A DNA stretch of 59,190 nt from Verrucomicrobiota bacterium (GTDB lineage Bacteria; Chlamydiota; Chlamydiia; Chlamydiales; 2-12-FULL-49-11), in the NCBI GenBank assembly GCA_018240105.1, contig JAFEGE010000094.1, forward strand, positions 1 through 59,190, in the 5' to 3' direction. Position 1 is the first letter of the stretch, and every line of letters starts with the position of its first letter. Shown piece by piece: positions 18,941 to 28,421 of this stretch. The position numbers and the translations under genes are program-made. The notes beneath the pieces are model-generated. The model worked only from the letters and a program-made list of their open reading frames with translations. It was not told the origin of the DNA and searched no databases.

Positions 18941-19201
18941 TTAAAATTTTAATTTTACAATACCGCATTTAATCTTACATTGGCAGGCAAGCCTTTCACA
19001 CTCCTGCTCTCCTAGAAAATCGAGTTCTTCCTGGGTAAAGGGAGTGAGATTCTCCGCGCCCTCTTCTACCTCAATGACACAGGTACCACAGATACCCTCT
19101 TCGCAAGCAAAAGGAACCCCTGCCTCTTCGCAGTGGCTCTTGAGTGGATCCCCATCAGGGACCTCTTTTTCTTCAGAATCATTAAATACGATCTTAGCCA
19201 T
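18941..19201 (-). CDS. [2Fe-2S] ferredoxin
   Basis: CEEGICGTCVIEV ... ACQC cysteine pattern in an 86-aa protein. Confidence 0.8.
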   Translation of the reverse strand: MAKIVFNDSEEKEVPDGDPLKSHCEEAGVPFACEEGICGTCVIEVEEGAENLTPFTQEELDFLGEQECERLACQCKIKCGIVKLKF

Positions 19202-19240
19202 GCTTAAAGATTAAAGCAAAAATGGCCTTTTTTGACAAAA

Positions 19241-19273
19241 AGTTTAAAAAGAAGCTAAGGCTTTCGCCTTAGC
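19241..19273 (-). terminator. rho-independent terminator candidate after ORF 19283..19477
   Basis: gctaaggc-tttc-gccttagc hairpin, followed on the minus strand by TTCTTTTTAAACTTTTT. Confidence 0.55.
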
Positions 19274-19282
19274 AAAGCTGTT

Positions 19283-19477
19283 TTAAAGCGATCCCTTCTC
19301 TTCAGGGGGCATATGGGCGATTAGATCTTCCATAGTCGCTTTTAAGCTATCCATACCCTCTGGAAAGCCCAAATCTTTTAAAACCTTATCTAGGTAGCTC
19401 TTCTCAGACTCCATTAAATCAAGCTGGCTCTCTAAAAGGGCCATCTTCGATCTTAGTTCTTTTTCTATATTCTCCAT
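19283..19477 (-). CDS. small coiled-coil hypothetical protein, 64 aa
   Basis: Heptad-rich ORF with a downstream terminator. No family recognised. Confidence 0.45.
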   Translation of the reverse strand: MENIEKELRSKMALLESQLDLMESEKSYLDKVLKDLGFPEGMDSLKATMEDLIAHMPPEEKGSL

Positions 19478-19576
19478 AAAACCTCCGTTAATTATGAAAA
19501 TAATTATAACATTTATTGAAAATTAAATAAACAATTTGTTATACTATACTTAAATTTTTTATTAATAGAGAGTGTT

Positions 19577-20638
19577 ATGGCTATACGAGCTATTCTAACT
19601 GGAGTCTCAGCAGCTTGCCAAAGAGGCCTGGCGACCGCTTCTATAAGCACCACTGCTTTAAACATATCAAAAAATTTCTTTACAGAGCACGCTACCCGCC
19701 CCCTAACAAGAGAAGATTTAAGATCTCTACAAGGTCGCATACAAGTTGTTAGCCCAGACACCTCAGAATCCGATGTACATGCTATCTATGGCATCTTTCT
19801 TGCACACGCTCCTCCAAGCTATCGTCAGATGGTACTAGACCATGTATTAGCACAAAGCGAAGAGATAAAAAGACTAGATATAGAAGCTTGGCAAACTGTA
19901 AGGGCTACTAAGAAAGAGATCCTAGAAAGAGCTATGAAAGTCATTGAAGAGCGCGATCTTCTTTGGAACAAGGTAGAGAGTCTATGGATTACCTATGACC
20001 AGGCCAAAGAAAAGGAAGATTACGCCTCTTGTGAGACAATCCTTACAGAGATCGAAGGCCATTTAGAAATACTAGAAAATGGGCTAACTGCCTTTCAAGA
20101 AGCACGAGAAATGTTTCTTGAGCACAGTAATCCTAACAGCTTTATCGATGAATTTGCCGCTAAAACATCCACTCTATCTATAAAAAAAGAATTAGAAGAG
20201 ATAACTACCCCTTTATGGGACGCATCCCCCTATATGGACAGCCAGTGGAAAGAGGCGCTTCATAAAACTCTCGTAGCTCCTAAAACAGCAGGTGAAGAGA
20301 CCTCATCTTTACCTCCTACAGATTGGCGCTTTGCATTTAGATCTAAAAAAGCACCCTCTCTTGTTTTACAAGACATGAAGGCCTCTTTAGAAAGAGATTC
20401 TTTCTTAAGGTTTGATGTTTTACTGCGAGAGCTAAGCTCATATGCTCTCGATCCTCACAACCCCTCTAAAAAAGTCTCCTCTCTCTTTATGGAGATGGTG
20501 CAAGAAGAATTAACAAGAAGATGCCCCTCTCTTACCCCCGAAGAATTGCTAAGACAGCTACATGCTCGCGACTTCAGAAACAAGCGCATCTTACTAGCTG
20601 CTATCGAAAGAACATTAAGAAAGCTGCCCTCAAGGTAA
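19577..20638 (+). CDS. hypothetical protein, 353 aa
   Basis: Long ORF after an AT-rich spacer, helical and charged. No motif recognised. Confidence 0.55.
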   Translation: MAIRAILTGVSAACQRGLATASISTTALNISKNFFTEHATRPLTREDLRSLQGRIQVVSPDTSESDVHAIYGIFLAHAPPSYRQMVLDHVLAQSEEIKRLDIEAWQTVRATKKEILERAMKVIEERDLLWNKVESLWITYDQAKEKEDYASCETILTEIEGHLEILENGLTAFQEAREMFLEHSNPNSFIDEFAAKTSTLSIKKELEEITTPLWDASPYMDSQWKEALHKTLVAPKTAGEETSSLPPTDWRFAFRSKKAPSLVLQDMKASLERDSFLRFDVLLRELSSYALDPHNPSKKVSSLFMEMVQEELTRRCPSLTPEELLRQLHARDFRNKRILLAAIERTLRKLPSR

Positions 20639-20888
20639 GGCTTTAGAGCCCTGATCTAAAAACGTTTTGTAAAATTATTTTTTTATAACAAGCTTTAGCG
20701 AGTTATTTGTATACAAAAAATTAATTTTAATCGGCACGAAAATCTAAAAAACTGAAAAAACCAATATTTAATTTATAACAAACTAAAATTATATTGATTA
20801 TTAATAAAAATTAATGTTATTATAGTAATGATTTAATTAATAAAACATTACAAAAGATTCATAATAATAAAATTAAAGGAGTTTTTAT

Positions 20889-22667
20889 ATGCAATTTATA
20901 ACTTCAATAGGACATGGCATCGGTAACTGGCTAATGAGCTCTACAGATGATCTCTCACCTCCCACAACACCTACTTTTGACAGAGCAGAAGCTTTTCCTC
21001 CAACAGGTATAGCACCAGCTGCAACAACAGGCGGCCTTGTCGGACGTATAAGACAATTATTCTGGAGAGATTCCGCAACACCTGCAGCTCCAGCTGATGC
21101 TGCAGCTGAAGGTCGAGAAGTTGCACCTCCAGCTGAAGGCGGAGAAGGCGCAGCTCAAGATGCAGGTATAGAATTTCCAGATCCACCTTTACACGGAGCA
21201 CCTCAAGCTGCAGCTCCAGCTAAACGCCGTACAGCAGCTGAAGCAGAAATTCTTCTAGCTTCTAAAAAAGCGGCAAGAGAAGCAGCCGAAGATGCAGCCC
21301 TAAAAGCAGAATCTCGAGGTACTGAGATCACATTACCAGGCTTTGCACCAAGAACAGGTTCTACACTAGAAACTGTTGGAAGCCACGCTCCTGATGTGGT
21401 AGGGGTTGCAGCTAGAGCTCACCAAGCGCTTACACGCACTTTTGAGGGAGTGATAGCAAACCGTATACCTGTTGAGCTACGCGAAGGCGTTAGAGTAGTA
21501 GAAAACGCTTTTGATGTAGGAACGCAATTTACTATCGGTCTTCCAGCAAAAGTATTAAGTCTTATTGCTGCAGCAGGTGCTGATATTGCTTGGAAGGATG
21601 TTTTAGCATCTTTTAAAATGGCGCAAGACGGACAAAGAAGTCCGATCACAGCTATATTCCATGCTTTAGGCTTTGTTGTATCAAGAGCTGCTACTATAGG
21701 ATTAACACCAGTTGTCCTAATTTTAGAAGCCGCAAGACACTTGATAAGCAAGATACTAGCAGGTATTACTATTGCGTTAGCTGAAGTAGTTTTAGGCATC
21801 GGTCTTGGTGGAAAAATTATTCTACCACCAGCATTTAGAGGTATAGTAACTGGCTTACGCGTTGCTATTACACCGTTTGCATGGATCTTATACTTGCTCC
21901 GCCAAGGTTTTGTATGGCTTGCAGGTAACTACGCAATAGAAAGCAATACGCAATCTGCCTTTGAAAGAGACGCTGCAAAAACCTCCAAGAAGGAACTTGA
22001 TGCAGCAAAAATAGCAAAAACAGCTGCTGAGAGACACCTAGCGTTAGTAAAAGTTAAAGACACAGCTAGACCAGAAGCTGTATTAGAGCTACAACAAGCA
22101 ACTGAAGCCTTGAAAGAAGCAGAAGCTAAGCTTGTAGAAGCAGAGAGATTTGCAGAAATAGATAAAGAGGTAGTAGCGCTTGGAATTTCTGAGTTACAAA
22201 TGGCGTTTGCAGGGCTTACCCCGTTCTTAATCTTTGAAAGAGGTTTTTCATGGGCGTTACCTTTAACTACTTCTAGAATAGCAATGGGTCAAGCACTCTT
22301 AAAAGACCTTAGCCTAGAAGAGCTTGCAGGACATATAGATAGCATGCTCATAAGCCGCGACAGAAAGCTACAACTTTTTGCTGCAGCTAAGCATTACAAA
22401 GATGTGCGTGATTTTAGATATGAAGGAAAACCTATAGTTGAAGGGGCTTTAGAGGGCCTTAAACAGGTATGGGGAAGTTGGGATAGCGTCTCTTCTGACG
22501 AAAAGGATAAGATTGCTTTAGCCTTTGAAGAACAGTGTGGAAGAAAATTCCCATTTGTAGGTCCTGTGCCGACTAAAGAAGAATTGGCGATATCAAAGCG
22601 CGAAAAATTGGGCGTACCCGCTTTGAAGCTAAGCAGAGCTGCTCCGGCTGCTCTTAAAGAGGTGTAG
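20889..22667 (+). CDS. hypothetical membrane protein: Ala/Pro-rich N-terminus, central hydrophobic block, coiled-coil C-terminus (Inc-like candidate)
   Basis: 592-aa ORF with an AGGAG SD 7 nt upstream and a strong terminator downstream. Confidence 0.65.
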   Translation: MQFITSIGHGIGNWLMSSTDDLSPPTTPTFDRAEAFPPTGIAPAATTGGLVGRIRQLFWRDSATPAAPADAAAEGREVAPPAEGGEGAAQDAGIEFPDPPLHGAPQAAAPAKRRTAAEAEILLASKKAAREAAEDAALKAESRGTEITLPGFAPRTGSTLETVGSHAPDVVGVAARAHQALTRTFEGVIANRIPVELREGVRVVENAFDVGTQFTIGLPAKVLSLIAAAGADIAWKDVLASFKMAQDGQRSPITAIFHALGFVVSRAATIGLTPVVLILEAARHLISKILAGITIALAEVVLGIGLGGKIILPPAFRGIVTGLRVAITPFAWILYLLRQGFVWLAGNYAIESNTQSAFERDAAKTSKKELDAAKIAKTAAERHLALVKVKDTARPEAVLELQQATEALKEAEAKLVEAERFAEIDKEVVALGISELQMAFAGLTPFLIFERGFSWALPLTTSRIAMGQALLKDLSLEELAGHIDSMLISRDRKLQLFAAAKHYKDVRDFRYEGKPIVEGALEGLKQVWGSWDSVSSDEKDKIALAFEEQCGRKFPFVGPVPTKEELAISKREKLGVPALKLSRAAPAALKEV

Positions 22668-22725
22668 TTTTCTGTCTGTAGGTAAGTTCTAACCTATAAC
22701 AAAGAGCTAAACTAAAGCCTAAAAA

Positions 22726-22757
22726 CCCTCGATCACCTGATCGAGGGTTTTTTATTT
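22726..22757 (+). terminator. rho-independent terminator
   Basis: ccctcgatca-cc-tgatcgaggg is a perfect 10-bp inverted repeat, followed by tttttatttt. Confidence 0.85.
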
Positions 22758-22827
22758 TACAAAAACCTTAATTACTTAACTTTTATGATTTTATATATTA
22801 TAATGTTATAGACAAAATGCATTTATT

Positions 22828-24171
22828 ATGATATCATCATTAATCCAAAGAACCCCCTGTTCTCCTAGCTACCTCTATGTCCCGCCAGATAGGACAGATA
22901 TGAGGGAGGTTGTGACGGCTTTTATGGAGCCGGCAGCCGCTTTGCGTTTTAGCTTTGTTACTAGAATCTTTAAAGCCATGGGAGCCTTTAATCCCCACTA
23001 CTTCTTTAACCAGGTAGGGTTTGTTTGGGAAAGAGGTGTAGAGGTTGTACGGGCAAGGCTTGGCCATACCCTTTTTGATAATCTCGTTGCTATTTGCTAT
23101 CTGCCAGTCTCTCTCCTTGTCACCTTCCAAAGCGTAATAAATTACATAATTTTAGGACTGAGATACATTGTCGCACATTTTCTAAACCCGGAGCTACTGA
23201 GCATTATTTTAAACAAGCTGGGGATGATTTTATTTACACCGCTTTTCTTAAGCGCCAATTGCGTTATGATCTCAATCGAAGTGCTACTCGAAAGCATACG
23301 TTTTATAAAAAGCTTACGATTAAACGTCGGACTCCAAGCAAGAACGACCCGTAAATTGATTGATAAAATGAGCTTTACGGTAGCCAGAGGAACAGCTGAG
23401 AACGAAGCCAACATGAAACGAGTCCTTCGCTTTATATATAAAAATAAGAAAAAACTAGAACTTTATGGTGGAGAAGATTTTGTAAAACGAGCTATAAGCG
23501 CTCTTGAAGAATCCCTTAAAGAGCCCTCTTGCCTCTTTTTAGTAAGACGAGCCCAAAGCTCTGTTATATCTCTCGAGGCGATAATTGTTGCAAGGCGCCT
23601 CTCTACTTTCTACCACACCCACTTTACGCTATCCATAGAAGAAAAAAGAAAGATTACAGCAAAGCACCCTAAGCTAACAGAAGAAGAGTTACAGGAAAAA
23701 TATAAAGAGGCGCATTATAAAGATTTACACAGCCTTAAAACATCTATCGGCAAAAGCGCAGTTGGTCTATTTTTTGAGAAATTTCAAGCCTCTAAAAGTA
23801 GGATTCTAACAGATCCTGCTGCTTACGCAAAAGAGGCATCCTCCCTTAGCTTTAGAAAGCAATCTTTAGAAGAGGGACGAGAACTTCTCCAGTTTTTAGA
23901 GCGACAGACTATAAAGACTGCAGGGGTTTACGCCTTAGGACTTCTTGGCCTTCTTATAACAATTCTTATCCTTGCTTTGGATCTTGCCTTCCCCTATTGG
24001 CCATTTTGGGCCTTTCTACCTTTAATGGTTCCAGATTTTTTCATTGGCTATCTACGCTCTAATGCTGACGAAGCCTTTATTGAAGAATTGGGTTGGCGTG
24101 TAAACCCGAGAGCCTTTATCCCCTGGTTTTTAAGAGGAAAAGATACCCCCTTAAAAATGGTCCGGGTTTGA
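22828..24171 (+). CDS. hypothetical polytopic membrane protein (Inc-like candidate)
   Basis: 447-aa ORF with hydrophobic pairs near residues 90-160 and 365-410 separated by a charged helical region. Confidence 0.6.
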   Translation: MISSLIQRTPCSPSYLYVPPDRTDMREVVTAFMEPAAALRFSFVTRIFKAMGAFNPHYFFNQVGFVWERGVEVVRARLGHTLFDNLVAICYLPVSLLVTFQSVINYIILGLRYIVAHFLNPELLSIILNKLGMILFTPLFLSANCVMISIEVLLESIRFIKSLRLNVGLQARTTRKLIDKMSFTVARGTAENEANMKRVLRFIYKNKKKLELYGGEDFVKRAISALEESLKEPSCLFLVRRAQSSVISLEAIIVARRLSTFYHTHFTLSIEEKRKITAKHPKLTEEELQEKYKEAHYKDLHSLKTSIGKSAVGLFFEKFQASKSRILTDPAAYAKEASSLSFRKQSLEEGRELLQFLERQTIKTAGVYALGLLGLLITILILALDLAFPYWPFWAFLPLMVPDFFIGYLRSNADEAFIEELGWRVNPRAFIPWFLRGKDTPLKMVRV

Positions 24172-24203
24172 CAAATCGAGCCTAATCTCTTAGACTAGAC
24201 TCT

Positions 24204-24791
24204 ATGTGGCTCCTTCTCTTTTTTTTGACGATTATCGCCTCTTTTTATTTAGATAAGAGCTTACTTCTAGCCCTCACCCCCGATACCTACCTCTTTAAGA
24301 TAAGCTTTCTACTCGAAAAGGCCTTTACGCCACTTTTATATCCCCTCTTAGGGGCTTTTCTCTTCCTTGCCTCTTATAAAGTGTTTTTCTTAAAAAACAG
24401 AAGGGAGCTTTTACTAGAAGGGACGATTACGACATCTTTGATTTACTGTGTTACGGGATTTCTTAAAGTTGTTATGGCAAGAGCCCGACCGACCCTTTTT
24501 TTAGAAGAGGGGGTCTATGGGTTTTTCTTCCCTGTATACGCAGATTTATATCGCTCTTTCCCATCTAGCCATATGGCGATGGCTTTTGGTCTCTTTATGC
24601 TACTGTTGCACAAAAAGAAGATCTCTTGGCTCTGGGTTCTTTTGCCGATGGCTGTTGGGATTAGCAGACTTGTTCTGCAAAAGCATTTTGTGAGCGACGT
24701 CTTAGCTGGCGCTTTCATTGGAATCTTATGCGCCCTAATAGCAGAACGGGCAAGGAAACTCCTTGCCCATCTGAAACTTTTTCAAGTATAA
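24204..24791 (+). CDS. PAP2-family phosphatase
   Basis: Three PAP2 motifs: KVVMARARP, PSSH and SRLVLQKHFVSD. Confidence 0.8.
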   Translation: MWLLLFFLTIIASFYLDKSLLLALTPDTYLFKISFLLEKAFTPLLYPLLGAFLFLASYKVFFLKNRRELLLEGTITTSLIYCVTGFLKVVMARARPTLFLEEGVYGFFFPVYADLYRSFPSSHMAMAFGLFMLLLHKKKISWLWVLLPMAVGISRLVLQKHFVSDVLAGAFIGILCALIAERARKLLAHLKLFQV

Positions 24792-24800
24792 AAGACTTGC

Positions 24801-25001
24801 TTATCGTTTTGCTTTAGCAGTACGTCTTGTTGTACGGCGAGCTGTTTTTCTTGCTTTAGCAGCTGTGCCAGTTTTACGTCTTGCAGTTCTTTTTGCTGTA
24901 TGTCTTTTTGCAGTAGCTTTTCTAGCTGTTTTTCTTTTCGCTGTATGTCTTTTCGCTGTCTTTCTTGTTTTTTTAGCGCCAGCGCTTTTTCGTTTTACCA
25001 T
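24801..25001 (-). CDS. histone H1-like basic protein (chlamydial Hc-type)
   Basis: 66 aa composed almost entirely of K/R/A/T, with TAKRHTAKRKTARKA-type repeats. Resembles the basic domain of chlamydial Hc1/Hc2. Confidence 0.7.
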   Translation of the reverse strand: MVKRKSAGAKKTRKTAKRHTAKRKTARKATAKRHTAKRTARRKTGTAAKARKTARRTTRRTAKAKR

Positions 25002-25368
25002 TTTGTACCCCTTATGAGTTTTGTTTTTTAGTTCCTTTAAAACTTAATATACAAATTGCATAATTATTTAGTTTAAATTTTTTACTTTTAATTAAACTAC
25101 ATAGAAGAGGTGTTTGTAAAACTGGCTCTACAACAGCTTCTGCATGGGTTTTTTTAAAATGAATTTTTTTTAAATAAAATTAAAAAATAAAAAATACTTT
25201 TTGTTTTTTAGCAAAAAAAACACATCTAACTCATTGACTTTAATGATGATACAAATAAAATAAACGCAAACAATTGCCTATTAATGAGTTGCATAGCAAA
25301 ACAAAATCTTTTCTTTTTGTTTTCTTTCCAGTACACTGAAATTTTTTATCCAAACTTAGGGAGCTGAA

Positions 25369-26805
25369 ATGGACTTTACTACAGACGTTAAAAACCCCAA
25401 ACGAGTGATCTCTGTTTTTGTCCTCGCTATGTTAAACGTCTCCTTAATGGCAAGTTTACGTAACTTACCGCTTGTTGCCGAGTATGGTTATAGCGCCATA
25501 TTCTACTTTGTTGTGGTAGGGTTCTTATTTTTACTCCCCTCCGCGCTTGTTTCTGCTGAACTTGCAACCGGTTGGCCAAAATCAGGCGGTATTTACATAT
25601 GGGTCAGAGAAGCCTTTGGTGATAGATGGGGGTTTTTTGCGATTTGGATGCAGTGGGTTCATAACGTTACCTGGTACCCAGCGATTCTTGCTTTTGTAGC
25701 AACCACGATTGCTTACATATTCTACCCTCCTTTAGCTACAAACAAGTACTTTGTCCTGCTCGTAGTCTTAGTGGGATTTTGGAAGATGACAATCTTAAAC
25801 TTTTTAGGTATCCGCACCTCTAGCTTGGTCAGTACGATAGGTGTTATCGTTGGAACGATTCTTCCCGGAACGCTTCTTATACTACTTGGCCTTACCTGGG
25901 TCTTGCTTGGTAACCCCATGCACATTACTTTTTCTGTAAATTCGTTTATCCCCGATTTCTCACAGTTTAATAATTTAGTCTTCTTAGGTGGTCTATTTCT
26001 AGCGTTTGCTGGGTTAGAAGTCTCTGCAGGTTATGCAGGAGAGGTACAAAACCCACAAAAGAACTTTCCTAAAGCGATCATATTAGCGGCTATCATCACC
26101 TTTTTCCTATTTATGCTTGGCGCCCTTGCGATCGGTATTGTGATACCAAAAGATCAAATTAGCCTTGTTTCAGGGGTAATGGAAGCGTTAAGAATCTTTT
26201 TAGATAGCTACAATATGGGTTGGCTCCTTCCTATAATGGGTATCTCTTTAATTATAGGCGCTGTAGCTGAGGTGAACTCTTGGATTATAGGGCCTGTAAA
26301 AGCTCTTTATACGACAACACTCCATGGCAACATGCCGCCTGTTTTCCAATACACAAACGAAAAGAACGTCCCTGTAAACCTACTTCTTTTCCAAGCTATT
26401 GTTGTAACAATCGCCTCTTTTGTCTTCTTACTTATGCCAAACTTAAGTAGCTCCTATTGGATTTTGAGTGCTCTTAGCACGCAGATCTACCTTATTATGT
26501 ATATCATGATGTTCTTGGCAGCTATCCGTCTTCGCTATGTAAGACCGAACGTACCGAGAGCCTACAGAATCCCACACCCTCACAAAGGGATCTGGTGTGT
26601 ATCGATCCTTGGTATCATAGCCTCTTTATTCGCCCTATTCTTGGTCTTTATCCCACCAGCACAAATCTACGTCGGAAGCCTTCTTTTCTATGAGTCTTTT
26701 TTAATCATTGGCCTTGCTGTCATGATTCTTATCCCGCTTCTTATCCACGCCTGTAAGAAGCCGCATTGGAACTTGTTAGAAAAAAAGGTAGACTCTCTAA
26801 ATTAA
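25369..26805 (+). CDS. APC-superfamily amino acid permease (GadC-like)
   Basis: 478 aa with about 12 TM segments. The N-terminal layout is typical of glutamate/GABA-antiporter-like APC transporters. Confidence 0.8.
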   Translation: MDFTTDVKNPKRVISVFVLAMLNVSLMASLRNLPLVAEYGYSAIFYFVVVGFLFLLPSALVSAELATGWPKSGGIYIWVREAFGDRWGFFAIWMQWVHNVTWYPAILAFVATTIAYIFYPPLATNKYFVLLVVLVGFWKMTILNFLGIRTSSLVSTIGVIVGTILPGTLLILLGLTWVLLGNPMHITFSVNSFIPDFSQFNNLVFLGGLFLAFAGLEVSAGYAGEVQNPQKNFPKAIILAAIITFFLFMLGALAIGIVIPKDQISLVSGVMEALRIFLDSYNMGWLLPIMGISLIIGAVAEVNSWIIGPVKALYTTTLHGNMPPVFQYTNEKNVPVNLLLFQAIVVTIASFVFLLMPNLSSSYWILSALSTQIYLIMYIMMFLAAIRLRYVRPNVPRAYRIPHPHKGIWCVSILGIIASLFALFLVFIPPAQIYVGSLLFYESFLIIGLAVMILIPLLIHACKKPHWNLLEKKVDSLN

Positions 26806-26830
26806 TCACCTTCTATTGATCGCTTAAAAA

Positions 26831-26866
26831 ATGGCCGTATTTGCTTAAATACGGCCATTTTTGTTT
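26831..26866 (+). terminator. terminator candidate of the permease gene (also the first two copies of the TGGCCGTA box)
   Basis: atggccgtattt-gctt-aaatacggccat is a perfect 12-bp stem, followed by ttttgttt. Confidence 0.6.
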
Positions 26867-26941
26867 AAATACGGCCAAAATAGCTTGAAAAGTGGCCGTA
26901 TTTTAGTTAAAATGGCCGTATAAGGAGTAGAGGTGGCCGTA
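26832..26941. promoter_or_regulatory. array of six (A/G)TGGCCGTA(T/A) boxes upstream of and overlapping the Fic gene start
   Basis: TGGCCGTA at 26832, 26893, 26913 and 26934. Its complement TACGGCCA at 26850 and 26870. The last box overlaps the GTG/ATG start region. Confidence 0.6.
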
Positions 26942-28294
26942 ATGAGCTTGCGTGATAATAAAATGACGGTATTAAGACTTTTAGGCTTAGAGTCTGAACC
27001 GATGGATCTCCCAAAGCTGATGCTGAGATTAGGCAAAGGTTTTAAAGAAAGATCGGTTAGAAGATGGTTGCATCTTTTAACTGAAGAGGGAGCGGTTAAG
27101 AAAATAGGTCAAAAACGGGGAACTAAATATATTGTAGCAAGCCGAGCAGAAGAAGCTAAAAGTGAAATCAGCAGCTGTTTTAGTTCAGCAAGCTTGAAAG
27201 TTATTGGGCTTGTGAAGGTACCCTTGTTTGAGCGACAACCTGTTGCTTATGCTGACGATTGGTTTGACAGCTATGAACCTAATTCTAGTTATTATTTACC
27301 AAAGATGCTTCGACAACAGTTGCGAGAATCAGGAGAGCGAGCTAATAGCCAAGACCGAGCAGGCACGTATGCTCATCAGATTTTTAATAGGTTGATCATT
27401 GATCTCTCCTATAACTCATCGCGTTTGGAAGGTAATACCTACTCTTTGTTAGATACGGAACGTTTGCTGCTCCATGGCGATACCGCTGAAGGCAAGCTTG
27501 ATGAAGAAAAGGCGATGATCTTGAATCACAAGGAAGCTATTCGCTATCTTGTTGATAATGCACCAAGGATCGAGGTCAGTCGTAATGTCATATGTACGCT
27601 CCATTTTTTGCTATCCGACGGTCTTGTAGATTCCACCGAAGCAGGTAAGGTGCGAAAGCATACCGTTCGTGTTGGAGGATCAACTTATATCCCCTTTGAA
27701 GACCCAAAAAGATTAGAGAAACAACTGGAAAGAATAGCTCACAAGGCGTCGCAAATTAGAGATCCTTACGAACAAAGTCTTTTTCTATTGATCCATGTTA
27801 GTTATTTGCAGGCCTTCAGTGATGTGAACAAACGGACGGCTCGACTATCTGCCAACATACCTCTGATCCGAGAAAATCTTGTACCGCTGGCATTCAGCGA
27901 TGTTAGAGTCGAAGACTATATGTCAGCAATGATTGCAGTCTATGAACTCCAGAAGGTGACACCGCTTATAGACCTCTACGTTTATTCCTATTTACGTACC
28001 TGTGCAGCGTATGATGCAACGGTCAAAGCGATGGGCTTTGATGAAGTGCGGGTGCGATATCGACAAGAGCGGAAAAACGTGGTAAGAGAGGTAATCTTAC
28101 AAACGGTTGTCGGAGAGGAGATGAAAAAGTTTGTTAATACGGAAGCAGATGAGCATGTGCCGAGAGCAGTCAGAAGAGACTTTGTAGAGGATGTTCTAGA
28201 GGATTTGGAGCAGATGGATGAAAGCAGGTTGGCTGGCCTCGGCGTTACACCACAGCAGTTGAAGCGGTGGAAAGAGAAAAAAACAAACAGCTGA
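26933..28294 (+). CDS. winged-helix / Fic-domain protein with a non-canonical Fic motif
   Basis: N-terminal wHTH-like region. Inhibitory-helix motif SSRLEG (S-x-x-x-E-G). The Fic-motif position reads QAFSDVNKRTAR instead of HxFx(D/E)GN(G/K)RxxR. GTG 26933 lies 6 nt after AAGGAG; the alternative start is ATG 26942. Confidence 0.8.
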   Translation: MAVMSLRDNKMTVLRLLGLESEPMDLPKLMLRLGKGFKERSVRRWLHLLTEEGAVKKIGQKRGTKYIVASRAEEAKSEISSCFSSASLKVIGLVKVPLFERQPVAYADDWFDSYEPNSSYYLPKMLRQQLRESGERANSQDRAGTYAHQIFNRLIIDLSYNSSRLEGNTYSLLDTERLLLHGDTAEGKLDEEKAMILNHKEAIRYLVDNAPRIEVSRNVICTLHFLLSDGLVDSTEAGKVRKHTVRVGGSTYIPFEDPKRLEKQLERIAHKASQIRDPYEQSLFLLIHVSYLQAFSDVNKRTARLSANIPLIRENLVPLAFSDVRVEDYMSAMIAVYELQKVTPLIDLYVYSYLRTCAAYDATVKAMGFDEVRVRYRQERKNVVREVILQTVVGEEMKKFVNTEADEHVPRAVRRDFVEDVLEDLEQMDESRLAGLGVTPQQLKRWKEKKTNS

Positions 28295-28421
28295 AAAATT
28301 GTTCTTAACACGCAATCACCTGGCTATCCTCTCTTTTTTCTTGTAGAATTTTAAAGAAACCATTAAATTTTATTAAATTTTTCACAAAATTATCTATCCT
28401 ACCGGAGGTCTAAAGGGCGAT

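Noticed and set aside
26831-26941. Possible CRISPR-like array because of the repeated TGGCCGTA units
   Set aside because: The repeats are only 8-12 nt, occur in mixed orientation, have irregular 10-20-nt spacing, and no cas genes are present. An operator or terminator interpretation fits better.
26845-27036. 63-aa minus-strand ORF
   Set aside because: It covers the TGGCCGTA box array and the 5' end of the Fic gene. It is most likely an artefact of the repeats.
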